A DNA stretch of 63,511 bases, filler included, from Octopus bimaculoides (GCF_001194135.2; 8 parts of 6 records of this genome joined end to end with filler, not necessarily neighbours in it); one strand, 5' to 3'; counted from the whole stretch's first letter, positions 1-11,597 are shown. The notes: generated by a model not told the origin, from the sequence alone. Translations and numbers: made by a program.

Positions 1-499
1 ATATATACACATTGTATATAGACACGCATATGCATATATACTCACATACATACTTATATACATACATAAATACATACACACACACACACACACGCGCACA
101 CACACACACACACACAACCGATATCTCGGCACGTTCTCAGCGGAACCTACTCTACCTACTCCTCTCACCAATTTCTGTTTTACCACTCGCCCTCTTACTC
201 AGGTCTCTCTCCCTCTCTCTCCCTTTCTCTCCGTCTCTTTCTCTCCCATCTCCCTCTTTCTCTCTCTTTATTCTCTCTCAGCCTCTCACTTCTCCTTGCG
301 TCAATCTCCTACTTCTATGCATGTTGATTGATTTTTAACATGCGAACATGCACAGTTATATATATTATTAATATATGTGTGTGTGTGTGTGTATAGAATA
401 TAAATATATATATGTATATACATTATATATATTTATACATATATATATATTATCATTATTATTATTAATGCATATATATATATATATATACATAGAGAG

Positions 500-1327
500 N
501 NNNNNNNNNNNNNNNNNNNNNNNNNNNNNNNNNNNNNNNNNNNNNNNNNNNNNNNNNNNNNNNNNNNNNNNNNNNNNNNNNNNNNNNNNNNNNNNNNNNN
601 NNNNNNNNNNNNNNNNNNNNNNNNNNNNNNNNNNNNNNNNNNNNNNNNNNNNNNNNNNNNNNNNNNNNNNNNNNNNNNNNNNNNNNNNNNNNNNNNNNNN
701 NNNNNNNNNNNNNNNNNNNNNNNNNNNNNNNNNNNNNNNNNNNNNNNNNNNNNNNNNNNNNNNNNNNNNNNNNNNNNNNNNNNNNNNNNNNNNNNNNNNN
801 NNNNNNNNNNNNNNNNNNNNNNNNNNNNNNNNNNNNNNNNNNNNNNNNNNNNNNNNNNNNNNNNNNNNNNNNNNNNNNNNNNNNNNNNNNNNNNNNNNNN
901 NNNNNNNNNNNNNNNNNNNNNNNNNNNNNNNNNNNNNNNNNNNNNNNNNNNNNNNNNNNNNNNNNNNNNNNNNNNNNNNNNNNNNNNNNNNNNNNNNNNN
1001 NNNNNNNNNNNNNNNNNNNNNNNNNNNNNNNNNNNNNNNNNNNNNNNNNNNNNNNNNNNNNNNNNNNNNNNNNNNNNNNNNNNNNNNNNNNNNNNNNNNN
1101 NNNNNNNNNNNNNNNNNNNNNNNNNNNNNNNNNNNNNNNNNNNNNNNNNNNNNNNNNNNNNNNNNNNNNNNNNNNNNNNNNNNNNNNNNNNNNNNNNNNN
1201 NNNNNNNNNNNNNNNNNNNNNNNNNNNNNNNNNNNNNNNNNNNNNNNNNNNNNNNNNNNNNNNNNNNNNNNNNNNNNNNNNNNNNNNNNNNNNNNNNNNN
1301 NNNNNNNNNNNNNNNNNNNNNNNNNNN
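500..1327. other. Assembly gap (example of ~23 N runs; most abut microsatellites)
   Basis: 828 N flanked by (TA)n and (GA)n. Other large gaps: 3949-4707, 7733-8122, 17311-17860, 24667-25344, 33047-33410, 43342-44176, 51400-51740. Confidence 0.99.
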
Positions 1328-1396
<69 letters not shown>

Positions 1397-1944
1397 AAGA
1401 AATACATGTTTACACTCTTTCTTTTTGTACATCTTAGTTTTGTTTGGCTGGAGTTAATGATCTTGCTCAACTGTTACACTGATGATAACTTTTGAAGTAG
1501 AAACTCGTGTCCATAGCTGTCCTCTTGTCACCAGATGGAATACACTGTTTTTGTTTTACTAAACGCATGGCAATTTCAGAGAATATTTGATTGAGGAGAT
1601 TATCTCCCCTTCTCATTTAGGATTGGTTGCAGTTGCTTCTAGCCATTTGTCCACGTTTTTTCCAAGCAAAGGTAGTTTCAATAAATCTAGAATTTCTCTT
1701 TATTCGTCTGTGTGTGTGTGTGTGTTTATTTACATATGCATATATACATATCACAGTATCAGATGTTATACACCGCTGGTGACAATGCGCTTCCAATTAT
1801 GTCTTTTATACGCCATTCTTTTTCATCCTGACCCAAAGTACTTAACTAAATCTTCTTCTCATTATCATGGAGGCCTTCCAAGCGGCCTTTTCCGATTTCT
1901 TGGCTACCACTCAGCAACTGCACGGGTTCATCCGTTGTCTGTGA

Positions 1945-2002
<58 letters not shown>

Positions 2003-2184
2003 ACATATGGATGCACACGTTTGCACACACATAAATGTTTACTGTCAGACAAATCTTCTTGTGTGTTGTTTATCGTTGTCTAAAGACTCAACCATTTCAC
2101 CACATTAAATGCAGAAACTAAAAAGAGGTGGCGTCCCCTAGCGGACAGTTGATTATAATCAATCGCACATCTCTTTTAAAGACA

Positions 2185-2330
2185 CAGGAGAAACAGCGTG
2201 TTGGGCATCTGACGAAATATCCTGAAATACTTTGCTACGTATTCATCATATTCTGAGTTCAAATCGTACCAAGCCCGACTTGTCTTTTTCCCTGCCTATC
2301 CAGCATCGAGAAGTATCAATCAAAAGGATA
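2185..2330 (+). mobile_element. SINE family B, degenerate copy
   Basis: Contains gacgaaatatcc and the B-box-like ttctgagttcaaatc shared with the better copies at 10234 and 31173. Confidence 0.55.
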
Positions 2331-3100
2331 GAACTTTCTTCACAAATTCCCTCCTTATGATTCCTCTTTATATTTTTTCCTGTACATTTATGACTTTTGT
2401 GTCAATGTAAAAAGATCATTTTAGGATGCATTTAATTTCTTTCTCTCTGAGGTTTTTTTGTTATTAAAGCTTAAATGACATTTTATGACATTTCGCAAAC
2501 AACACCAAGAGAATAACAATAATCAAAGATAACAAGTAACGATAAAATGTCTTGGGGGTTAATTTGGACTTGGAAATCAAGAAGAAAACAATTTTTTGAG
2601 TCTGTTTTTGTTTTTCATGTTCTTTCAAATGTTCAGCTGGAAAGGTAAAAAAAGAAACGATTCCTTTCATTTTTCAGGACTTTGTTCGTAGTAGTGATCT
2701 GTACAAAAACCTTTGCGTGTGTTCCTTCGTTACACATATTCACGTATGTCCAATGTTGTCTGTACACCCCATATATAAAGATATGGTTTACAGATAACAC
2801 TACACGAATCAGTAATGATAAAAAATACAAACTCTGGAAGTTTACTGAACTTCCGTGACTATGATGCTTGTAATTAATGTGTATGAAGTTAATAATTCTC
2901 TACCATGTATATATATATATATATATTAGGATCGACTCTAAATAAGAAGGGAAGATAATCTTTAAAATATTCTCTAACACTGACATGCCACTGACGAAAT
3001 GATAATTTGCTTATCTAGAGACAAGAAGACAGTTATGTGTTTCTGCTTCTATAAACGTCATCAGCACCGATATATATGTGCGCGTGTGTCGGGATTCAAC

Positions 3101-3245
3101 ACGGTTTCCGCTTACCAAATTTCATCCGCATGGTATTGACCGACCCAAGGCTATGATAGAAAATACTTACCCAAAGCGTCGCACAGTGGAAACGGGACCT
3201 GGAGCTTCGTGGTTGCGAAGAGCAAACTTCTGAAGCACACAGTTA
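3101..3245 (-). mobile_element. SINE family A, tRNA-derived head, degenerate
   Basis: Reverse complement matches the head at 9406 and 21275 (…tgggtaagtattttctatcatagccttgggtcggtcaatacc…ggtaagcggaaaccg). Confidence 0.6.
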
Positions 3246-3287
3246 TACGAGCTCCGAGCCCATAGATATGTTATGAAAATGGAATCG

Positions 3288-3552
3288 TTAAATAACTTTA
3301 TACTGGATTCTTGAATCGTTTTGTTTTGTAGGAGAGATGACGGGTAAATCTATTTGGCACCATGTAGAGATGGCAAAGTCGCTATCTGTTGTTGCTGTTG
3401 TTGTAGCCTTCATTGTTGATGTTGTTGTTATTGCTGCTTTTATTGTCGATGTTGTTATTGTTGCCTCCGTTGTTGGTGGTGTTGTTGTTGTTGTTGTTGT
3501 CGTTGTTGCTATTGCTGTTGGTGCTTGGCAGAATCTACCAGAATCTGCCAGA
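3288..3552 (-). CDS. Candidate exon encoding a Thr-rich (mucin-like) segment, unverified
   Basis: Acceptor tatgttctgctacag at 3553-3567, then open frame LADSGRFCQAPTAIATTTT…RIQYKVI*. The other two frames close early. Could equally be a degenerate (AAC)n tract. Confidence 0.2.
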
Positions 3553-3644
3553 CTGTAGCAGAACATACAATATATGTCCCGCATAAGAAGTAAGCAAATC
3601 ATTAATCATCCAGCATATTGATTAGCAGTGAATAAAAGAGTACA

Positions 3645-3654
3645 CGTGTGTGTT

Positions 3655-3721
<67 letters not shown>

Positions 3722-3948
3722 TTGTTCCCCACCATCGCTTGACAACCGATGTTGATGAGTTTACGTTCCTGCAACTTAGCGGTTCGGCAAAATCAAAAGA
3801 TACCGATAGAATAAGTACTAGGCTTACAAAGAATAAGTCCTGGGGTCGGTTTATTCGACTAAAACCCTTTAAGGCGGTGCCCCAGCATGGCCACAGTCAA
3901 ACGACTGAAACAAGTAAAAGAATAAAAGAATAAAAGAATAAAAGAATA
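3645..3948 (+). mobile_element. SINE family A, 3' half with internal (TG)n and (TAAAAGAA)n tail
   Basis: tttgttccccaccatcgcttgacaaccgatg…cttagcggttcggcaaaa…ggcggtgccccagcatggccacagtcaaacgactgaaacaagtaaaagaataaaagaa; same body at 19928, 21400 and (inverted) 62265. Confidence 0.85.
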
Positions 3949-4707
3949 NNNNNNNNNNNNNNNNNNNNNNNNNNNNNNNNNNNNNNNNNNNNNNNNNNNN
4001 NNNNNNNNNNNNNNNNNNNNNNNNNNNNNNNNNNNNNNNNNNNNNNNNNNNNNNNNNNNNNNNNNNNNNNNNNNNNNNNNNNNNNNNNNNNNNNNNNNNN
4101 NNNNNNNNNNNNNNNNNNNNNNNNNNNNNNNNNNNNNNNNNNNNNNNNNNNNNNNNNNNNNNNNNNNNNNNNNNNNNNNNNNNNNNNNNNNNNNNNNNNN
4201 NNNNNNNNNNNNNNNNNNNNNNNNNNNNNNNNNNNNNNNNNNNNNNNNNNNNNNNNNNNNNNNNNNNNNNNNNNNNNNNNNNNNNNNNNNNNNNNNNNNN
4301 NNNNNNNNNNNNNNNNNNNNNNNNNNNNNNNNNNNNNNNNNNNNNNNNNNNNNNNNNNNNNNNNNNNNNNNNNNNNNNNNNNNNNNNNNNNNNNNNNNNN
4401 NNNNNNNNNNNNNNNNNNNNNNNNNNNNNNNNNNNNNNNNNNNNNNNNNNNNNNNNNNNNNNNNNNNNNNNNNNNNNNNNNNNNNNNNNNNNNNNNNNNN
4501 NNNNNNNNNNNNNNNNNNNNNNNNNNNNNNNNNNNNNNNNNNNNNNNNNNNNNNNNNNNNNNNNNNNNNNNNNNNNNNNNNNNNNNNNNNNNNNNNNNNN
4601 NNNNNNNNNNNNNNNNNNNNNNNNNNNNNNNNNNNNNNNNNNNNNNNNNNNNNNNNNNNNNNNNNNNNNNNNNNNNNNNNNNNNNNNNNNNNNNNNNNNN
4701 NNNNNNN

Positions 4708-4803
4708 GAAGAAGAAGAAGAAGAAGAAGAAGAAGAAGAAGAAGAAGAAGAAGAAGAAGAAGAAGAAGAAGAAGAAGAAGAAGAAGAAGAAGAAGAAGAA
4801 GAA
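4708..4803. repeat. (GAA)n microsatellite, truncated by gap
   Basis: Pure GAA run directly visible. Confidence 0.98.
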
Positions 4804-6169
4804 AACAGAGGAAGGAGACAAGACGTAAGAAAACATTAGCGTAACAATACGAAGGGAGAAGAAAAAAAAAACGAAGAAAGATAGAAAGAAAGGAGAAATG
4901 AAGACAAAAGGAAGAAAAGAAATAAGGAAATAACTATATCGAGTGGATATGTTAAATAGAAAATGAAAGTGAAAGTGAAAGAGTGAGAGAGAGAGAGATA
5001 GACAGAGAGATAGACAGAGAGATAGACAAACAGAGACGGAAAGAATCTGTATAACAGCGGGAGGAGAGGCGATGTTGAATCGGTGTAGCATATAAGGAAT
5101 TCTGGGGACGTAGAAATGGTTTTCTTTTAATTGACGGGAAATTAGGTCTTTGATACAAGAAAAGTAATTTGGCTTGTTATGTCTTGAAACTTGTTGCATA
5201 ATGCCGTGTTCTCTGTTGCTTGCTAATTGTTACATAACATGGCAGCTGCTGTGCGATTTTTTTTCTTCTAGCGACTCGTAACGTAATGTGGCATGTGTTG
5301 TGTCTCTAGATACATGTTACATAATCTAAGATGGGCTGGGGTTTAAATATTTATTACGTAATCCACTGTGTGTTGTGTTTAAATAGGCGTCAGATAATGC
5401 GCTATGTGCCGTGTGTATTCTTATATTTGTTACATAATATGGCAGCCGTTGCGCATTTCTAGAGACTCTTTATATAATGTGCCATGTCTTGTGTCTTTAC
5501 GTCCACGTTACGTAATCTATGTGCCATGTTCTGATATTTATAACGTAATCTACAGTGTGTGTTGGGTTTAGGATACACGTTACGAAATGCGCGGTGTGTC
5601 GCGTGTATCATACTATTTGTTACATAATATGGCATCTGTCGTGTTTGGATCTATGCCACATAACCTAAGATGTGCTGTGTTTGGATATTTATTACGTAAC
5701 CAGATGTGTGGTGTTTAGAAACGTGTTACATAATGCGTTATGTCGTATTTTCATATTTGTTACTTGATATAACATCTGCTCTCTTTAGATCTATGTTACA
5801 TAATCTGAGATGTGCCGTGTTCAGATATTTATTATGTAATCTTCTGTGTGTTCCGTCTAAATACACGTTACATTATGCGCTGTGTGTTGTGTGTCTCGCT
5901 ATTTGTTACATAATATGACATCTGTTGTGTTTAGATCTATGTTACACAATTTAAGACATGGTGTATACTTGGTGCATAAACTGGTATGTAATGTGTTTAG
6001 GTACGTGTTATACGAGCCATGGGTTGCATTTGTTTAGCTAAGTGTTACATAATACGGTATCTGCTGTCTTTAGGTACTTGGTACGTTAAGTGGTATGTGG
6101 TGTGCTTCGGTACACATTACAAAATTCGTCAAATGTTGCGTGACTTGATACTTCTTACATAATAATCCT

Positions 6170-6270
6170 TTCTAATTTTGGCACATAACCAACGATTTAG
6201 GGTGAGGGGTTTAGTCGAATATATCAACCATCACTGCTCAACTGTTTCTTATTTCATCGACCCCTAAAGA
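6170..6270 (-). mobile_element. SINE family B fragment inside the minisatellite
   Basis: aatcctttctaattttggcacat…tagtcga…tttcatcgacccc matches the family B 3' region in reverse. Confidence 0.55.
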
Positions 6271-6449
6271 TATTTATTGCGCAATCCAGTTCGTGTTATA
6301 TTTAAATACATGTAACTATAATGTGTCTTGCGTTGTGTCTAGATATTTGTTACATAATATAGCCTCCTTTGTGTTTAGACATTTGCTACGCAATCTAGTG
6401 TAATGTCTGTTGTGGTAATTGTTACATAATGCGTCATTCGCTCCGCCTT

Positions 6450-6638
6450 TACTGGTTCTCAAACCATTTTAATATCTGGACTAGATACAAAACCTGGATT
6501 TTTTTTAGGGGCCGCACCAAAAACAAGTAAAACACAAGTCAATAAAAGTAAAATTTATTATATATCTATAAAGAGAAGGCCGCCCAGGGCCGCTTGGAGG
6601 ATGCATGAAGCCCTGTTCGCCGCGGTTGAAAACTGCTG
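6450..6638. mobile_element. Short hAT/Charlie-like MITE inside the minisatellite
   Basis: Imperfect TIRs actggttctcaaacc … ggttgaaaactgctg and internal gggccgc motifs typical of Charlie-type MITEs; no clear 8-bp TSD. Confidence 0.45.
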
Positions 6639-7169
6639 CTTTAAATAGACGTTATATAATATCACATTCATTGAGTGTCTTGTTACATAACGCAATAAGC
6701 GTTGTGATGTTACTAGCTGCATATTGTAATGTATGTTGCGTGTTGTGTGTTGCGTGTTGTGTGTTTTCAGATACAGTTTATGAAGTATCATGCGTTGTGA
6801 GTCTTGTTGATCGTTAAATGATGTTTTGTGTGGTGGGTTTGTCTTTGATACGAGTTACGCGTGTCATGTTTTGTTCTGTGACTCGACTGCTCTTACGTAA
6901 CACTCACATTGGCTGTATTCTGTCATTGCGTGTTTCAGGTCGTGGCGAGGGTTGGGAGGGGGCAAGTTGTCTGGGTTCGCTGAGTTGTTGGGAAAAGAGC
7001 GAAATCGAGAATCGGTAAAAGTGAAAAAGGAGGAAGGGAAAAGGAGAGGAAGTAAAGGGAGGACCGGGGAATGATGGGAAGAGTAGGATCAGAGAGAACG
7101 GGGAAACAGGGAGAAATAAGGGGAGAGATTTTAATGAGAATTCCAGAGAAAGTATGTCCGAATTATGGT

Positions 7170-7680
7170 AGGAATGTATGTAGATATAAAGATATGTATA
7201 TAGATACGTGTGTATGCGTGTGTGCTTCGATGTGTATGTATGTATATGCTTAAATATGTGTGGGGATCTATGTATGTTTAGATATGTTTGTTGGTGTGTG
7301 TGCATGTGTCTACATAGCTGTGTGTGTCTATATGCATATGTGTCAATGTGTGTAAATTTGTTGGTGTGTATGTACGTATATGTAGACGTGTGTATGAGCG
7401 TATATCTATATGTGTGTGTGTCCGTGTGTGTGTGCGTATTGATGTGTGTATTGGTGTGTGCGTACGTTCATGAGTGTATATACATGTGTCTGTGTAGATA
7501 TCTGTATAGGCGTGTGTCTGAGTGTTTGTGTGTGTGTATGTATGTGTGTGCTTGTGTATGTGTGCTTGTATGAGTGCTTGTGTGTATGTGTGTGTGTGTG
7601 TGTGCACGCGCGCACGTGTGTACGTTCGTGTGTGTGCATGTTTGTGTATCTGTGTGTGTGTGTGTGTGTGTGTCTTTGAG
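7170..7680. repeat. Degenerate (TG)n/(TATG)n tract
   Basis: Low-complexity sequence; source of the overlapping VCVC/HTHT ORFs. Confidence 0.95.
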
Positions 7681-8124
7681 TGTATGTAGAAGCATGTCTG
7701 TGGCGAAATGACATGAGGTGGAGATCTTGAAGNNNNNNNNNNNNNNNNNNNNNNNNNNNNNNNNNNNNNNNNNNNNNNNNNNNNNNNNNNNNNNNNNNNN
7801 NNNNNNNNNNNNNNNNNNNNNNNNNNNNNNNNNNNNNNNNNNNNNNNNNNNNNNNNNNNNNNNNNNNNNNNNNNNNNNNNNNNNNNNNNNNNNNNNNNNN
7901 NNNNNNNNNNNNNNNNNNNNNNNNNNNNNNNNNNNNNNNNNNNNNNNNNNNNNNNNNNNNNNNNNNNNNNNNNNNNNNNNNNNNNNNNNNNNNNNNNNNN
8001 NNNNNNNNNNNNNNNNNNNNNNNNNNNNNNNNNNNNNNNNNNNNNNNNNNNNNNNNNNNNNNNNNNNNNNNNNNNNNNNNNNNNNNNNNNNNNNNNNNNN
8101 NNNNNNNNNNNNNNNNNNNNNNGT

Positions 8125-8325
8125 GTAGGAGTGTGAGAGAGAATGGTTTACAAGAGTAGTGGTGGTGGTGGTGGTGGTGGTGGTGGTGATGGTGGGGGTG
8201 CTGGCGGGGGAGAAGTGTAAGGTGGAAGATATTAATTTGTTGCAGTTGTGGGGAGGAGGGGTATCTCGGTGCAAGTAGTGGGAGCGGTGATGGCGGAGGT
8301 GGTGGTGGTTGTGATAATCGTAACG

Positions 8326-8357
<32 letters not shown>

Positions 8358-8494
8358 TAGTGGTGGTAGTAGTAGTTGTTGTTGCTACTGTTGTGATAGT
8401 GGTGATGGTGGTTGTAGTGCTGGTAGTAGTAGTGGTAGTAGTAATTGCTGTTTTGGTGGTAGTGGTGGTGGTAGAGGTGATGCTGGTTGAGTTG

Positions 8495-8531
<37 letters not shown>

Positions 8532-8945
8532 CAGCAGCAGCAGTAGTAGTAGTAGTAGAAAGGGCGAATGACGATGTGGAGATGGTGGTGGTGGTGGTGG
8601 TGACATTTAATAGTGTTGCAGCGATAGTGGTGATAGTAAGAGGAGTAATGGTTGAGGTGGTGGTGGTGGTGGAGGTGGTGGTGGTGGTGTTTCTTGTTGT
8701 TGTGGTGGGAGTATTAGCGGGAGTGAAGGTGGTGGTTGTGGTGGTATTGGTGGAGGAGGTAGAGGTTTTGAAGTTCGGGGTGGCAGTAGTGGCGGGTGGC
8801 GGTGCTAGTGAAGGCGGCGGCGGTGATAACGGCGGGGACAGTTATGATGGTGGAAGTGGTGGCGGTGTTTAGTAGCAGTGAGTTCATGATGATGATAATG
8901 ATGATGATGATGATGATCGTGGTGGTGTTGGTGGTGGTAGAAGGA
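8125..8945. repeat. Compound (GGT)n/(AGT)n/(GAT)n trinucleotide tract
   Basis: ~800 bp of interleaved GGT, AGT, AGC and GAT runs. Confidence 0.95.
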
Positions 8946-9405
8946 AAAGGAAGGGGGTGTTGACAAAGGGGTTAGCAGGTTGGAAGAGGTGAAATCGAAA
9001 AAGTGTGTTAAGGAGAATACGAAAATGAAAGCAGAATTGATGATTAAAAAAAAATATACATAAATATATAAAATATACATAAAAATGTTCTTTAAAAAAG
9101 TATATAAATATAAAAAGTAACAAAATCCAAAAAAATTTTCTCTAAACTGCAACACTGGCAAAAATGTAAACAGAGGTGCCGGGATCGATCTATGAGTGGG
9201 TGTAACAAGTGATAAGTGATAATTCAAAGAAAGGATCGAACCAGCTTTTTAATAAATAAACATGAAAGAGTTTTGGAATGAGGACAAAGAGGAATTTTAA
9301 AGAGCTGTGTGGAGCAGTGGGAAATTAGATTAAGGCTTCTCCAGCGATCTTGTCACCGAGCCGAGTTCCATTCCCGTTTACATACGAAATGATTTATTTA
9401 CTTTA

Positions 9406-9535
9406 GGCGTGGGTGTGTGGTAAGAAACTTGCTTCCCAACCACAAGGGTTCCGGGTTCAGTTCCACTGCGTGGCACCTTGGACAAATATCTTCTACTGTG
9501 GCCTCGGATCAACCAAAGTCTTGTGAGTGGAGACT
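9406..9535 (+). mobile_element. SINE family A, tRNA-derived head
   Basis: ggcgtgggtgtgtggtaagaaacttgcttcccaaccac…ccgggttcagttccactgcgtggcaccttggacaa with Pol III A/B-box-like motifs. Confidence 0.8.
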
Positions 9536-9939
9536 GACATGGGCAATGCAACAATAATTACAACGGCCAACGATGGAGTCTCTACACGGTCACTCGATCT
9601 GCTAGAAATAGCAACCAGTTTCCCCTCTGTTCTCATCTTACCGTTTTGATTAAAGGCACAATGGAACTATAAGCTATACCAGTCATCGAACTGGACAGCA
9701 CTGCATAATACCAAAGATCCTTACTCACGCATTATTTTCGCTTTTCCGTTTAAAGTAGGCTGAGCACCTCTATTAAAGGTGAATTATCCAACCCATAAAG
9801 CAGAACGGAAAACAATTGCTCTCATAAGACTCGTCTTTCCTTCACTTTAGAATCCGTCGAAGAAGGTAACTTGTAAGACTCGGCATTGTCATAAATAACT
9901 GCATTCACTCCAGTTTCTGTTTTAAAGTTTATGGAAAAG

Positions 9940-10175
9940 CGTTGTCAGCGAAGGACTCGAAATTAGTTCCGTTGTTGGCAATCAGGTGGCAGTCCAGTTC
10001 TCACGCATAGGAAAGCTGTGAACTGTTGGTATCAGCTGGGGACAAAAATTTACGAGATAACATTAACAGCAAATGGTTTAAAATTAGTCGCTAAGGAGCC
10101 CCGGCTGTGCAAGAATAACAGTTCCTATTTCTATCAGGGGATACGGCTGGCAGTTGCAATATGGGTTCGTTTCTT
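9940..10175 (+). mobile_element. Possible CRE-like non-LTR retrotransposon C-terminal remnant
   Basis: Frameshifted translation gives SWG…ANGLKLVAKEPR…F.YQ.I.LA, reminiscent of the GxWG…EPR…FLFQRLSxAxQRG end of CRE-clade RLE proteins. Heavily decayed. Confidence 0.3.
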
Positions 10176-10233
10176 TGCTGATAGTTTATAAAATTCATTT
10201 CTGTAATCGTTGCTGATGTTTCTCCACACTGTA

Positions 10234-10445
10234 AGGCGGTGGGTTGGAAGGATCGTTAGCACGCCGGAGAAAATGCTGAGCGACATTTCATCCGTCTTTA
10301 CGTTCTGAGTTCAAATTCCGTTGAGGTCGACTTTGCCTTTCGTTTTATTTCGGAGTCGATGAAATAAGTACCAGCTGAGTATCGGGGTCGATGGAATTTG
10401 CCTATAAAAATTGTGATTGCCTCCCCCAAAATCTCAGGCTTTGTA
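10234..10445 (+). mobile_element. SINE family B, near full length
   Basis: aggcggtgggttggaaggatcgttagcacgccgg…ttctgagttcaaattccgttgaggtcgactttgcctttc…taagtaccagctgagtatcggggtcgat. Confidence 0.85.
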
Positions 10446-10593
10446 ATTGGCTCCCCAAAAATGTTTTAAATAACAAGGGGAATTTATCAACATACCTATA
10501 CGTGTGTGTGTGTGAGTGAGAGAGAGAGGGAGTGAGAGAGTGTGTGTGTGAATGTTGTGTATATATACATACATACATAACTCTTTTAAACTA

Positions 10594-10626
<33 letters not shown>

Positions 10627-10629
<3 letters not shown>

Positions 10630-10843
10630 GAACAAATTGACCCCAGGATTTATTCTAGTACTTATTCTAGCGGTGTCTTTTGCCGAACCGCTAATTTACA
10701 TAAACACAGCCAGGACATAAACACAGTGACATCGTTTGCTAAGCGATGCTGGGGGGACAAACGCAGACACACAAACATATACACACACAGTTTCCGTCTA
10801 CCAAATCCACTGACAAGGCTTTGGTTGGCCCGAGGCTATAGTA
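10627..10843 (-). mobile_element. SINE family A, central and 3' part with internal (CA/TA) tract
   Basis: Reverse complement joins head sequence (tatagcctcgggccaaccaaagccttgtcagtggatttggtagacggaaac) to the 3' body through a microsatellite. Confidence 0.8.
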
Positions 10844-10887
10844 NNNNNNNNNNNNNNNNNNNNNNNNNNNNNNNNNNNNNNNNNNNN

Positions 10888-10899
10888 TTAATTAATTAA
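10888..10899. other. Synthetic scaffolding linker TTAATTAATTAA in a 44N+12+44N gap
   Basis: Same 100-bp layout at 10888, 22069, 26528, 30622, 39390, 53688 and 61096; palindrome with stops in all six frames. Confidence 0.95.
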
Positions 10900-10998
10900 N
10901 NNNNNNNNNNNNNNNNNNNNNNNNNNNNNNNNNNNNNNNNNNNGGGGTGGGGCATTCGATTCCATTATATAGTTCTCCACCCATTAGGAAGCAGTGCA

Positions 10999-11032
10999 GG
11001 CGTAAGCCGAAACGATCGTCGTGTTGAATAAA
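10999..11032 (+). ncRNA. Minimal hammerhead-like relic (stem II, GAAA, palindromic stem III, GUC) followed by AATAAA
   Basis: GGC-GTAA-GCC-GAAA-CGATCG-TC then gtgttgAATAAA; the upstream CUGANGA box is not recognisable. Confidence 0.45.
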
Positions 11033-11194
11033 GCTTACAGTACACTCTGGATTCCCTATCGATCATCTAAAATATTTTTTTGTGCGTGTATATATATATA
11101 CATATATATATATATGCACACACAAACACATAGTAACACATTAACAAACACACTAACACACACCTATATGCAAATATAATTTCCATTCTCTTTT

Positions 11195-11400
11195 TTTACC
11201 GTCTTTTACTTGCTTTAGTCATCGGATACCGACCATACTGGGGCACCGCATTGAAGAGTATACTAGAACAAATGAATTTTTGTACTTTTTAAGTCTAGGG
11301 TCAAATTTGCCTAAATACTATCCTACAGGTACGTGAACAAACACCAGTTGCTAAGCAATGAAGTTAAAGAAAAAAACAAACACACACACGTATGCTCTCA
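11195..11400 (-). mobile_element. SINE family A, degenerate 3' half
   Basis: ttttacttgctttagtcat…ccatactggggcaccgc matches the inverted family A tail. Confidence 0.6.
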
Positions 11401-11536
11401 CACACACACACGCACGCACACACGCACGCACATGCGCACACATACAACCCGAACTCCACATATATGTTTATACATAGGAGGGACTTTAACAAAATTTACA
11501 TCTACCAAATTCACTCACATATGTCCCCGAAACATT

Positions 11537-11597
<61 letters not shown>

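Larger units (their letters stand above)
5190..6900. repeat. Degenerate minisatellite, ~30-38 bp units with a ~4-unit higher-order pattern
   Basis: Recurring TGTGTTTAGAT-N4-GTTACATAAT-like units; subtype gatatttattacgtaatc recurs near 5348, 5534, 5685, 5823 and 6270. Confidence 0.85.

Noticed and set aside
368-1470. Long ORFs of 200-450 aa in the supplied track (also 3859, 17199-18302, 24313-25594, 43200-44259)
   Set aside because: They are open only because N runs translate as X and dinucleotide repeats lack stops.
2633-2830. NEGTHAKVFVQI resembling a PLAT-domain start, and a plus-strand 66-nt pseudo-exon at the same place
   Set aside because: Short match, no continuation, and competing candidates on both strands with no way to choose.
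5190-6900. CRISPR-like array
   Set aside because: Eukaryotic context, spacers are homologous to each other, repeats are degenerate, and there are no cas genes.
8248-9227. Poly-Val, Gly/Ser, Pro and His ORFs
   Set aside because: Translations of the GGT/AGT/GAT tract in different frames, with no splice or unique-sequence support.
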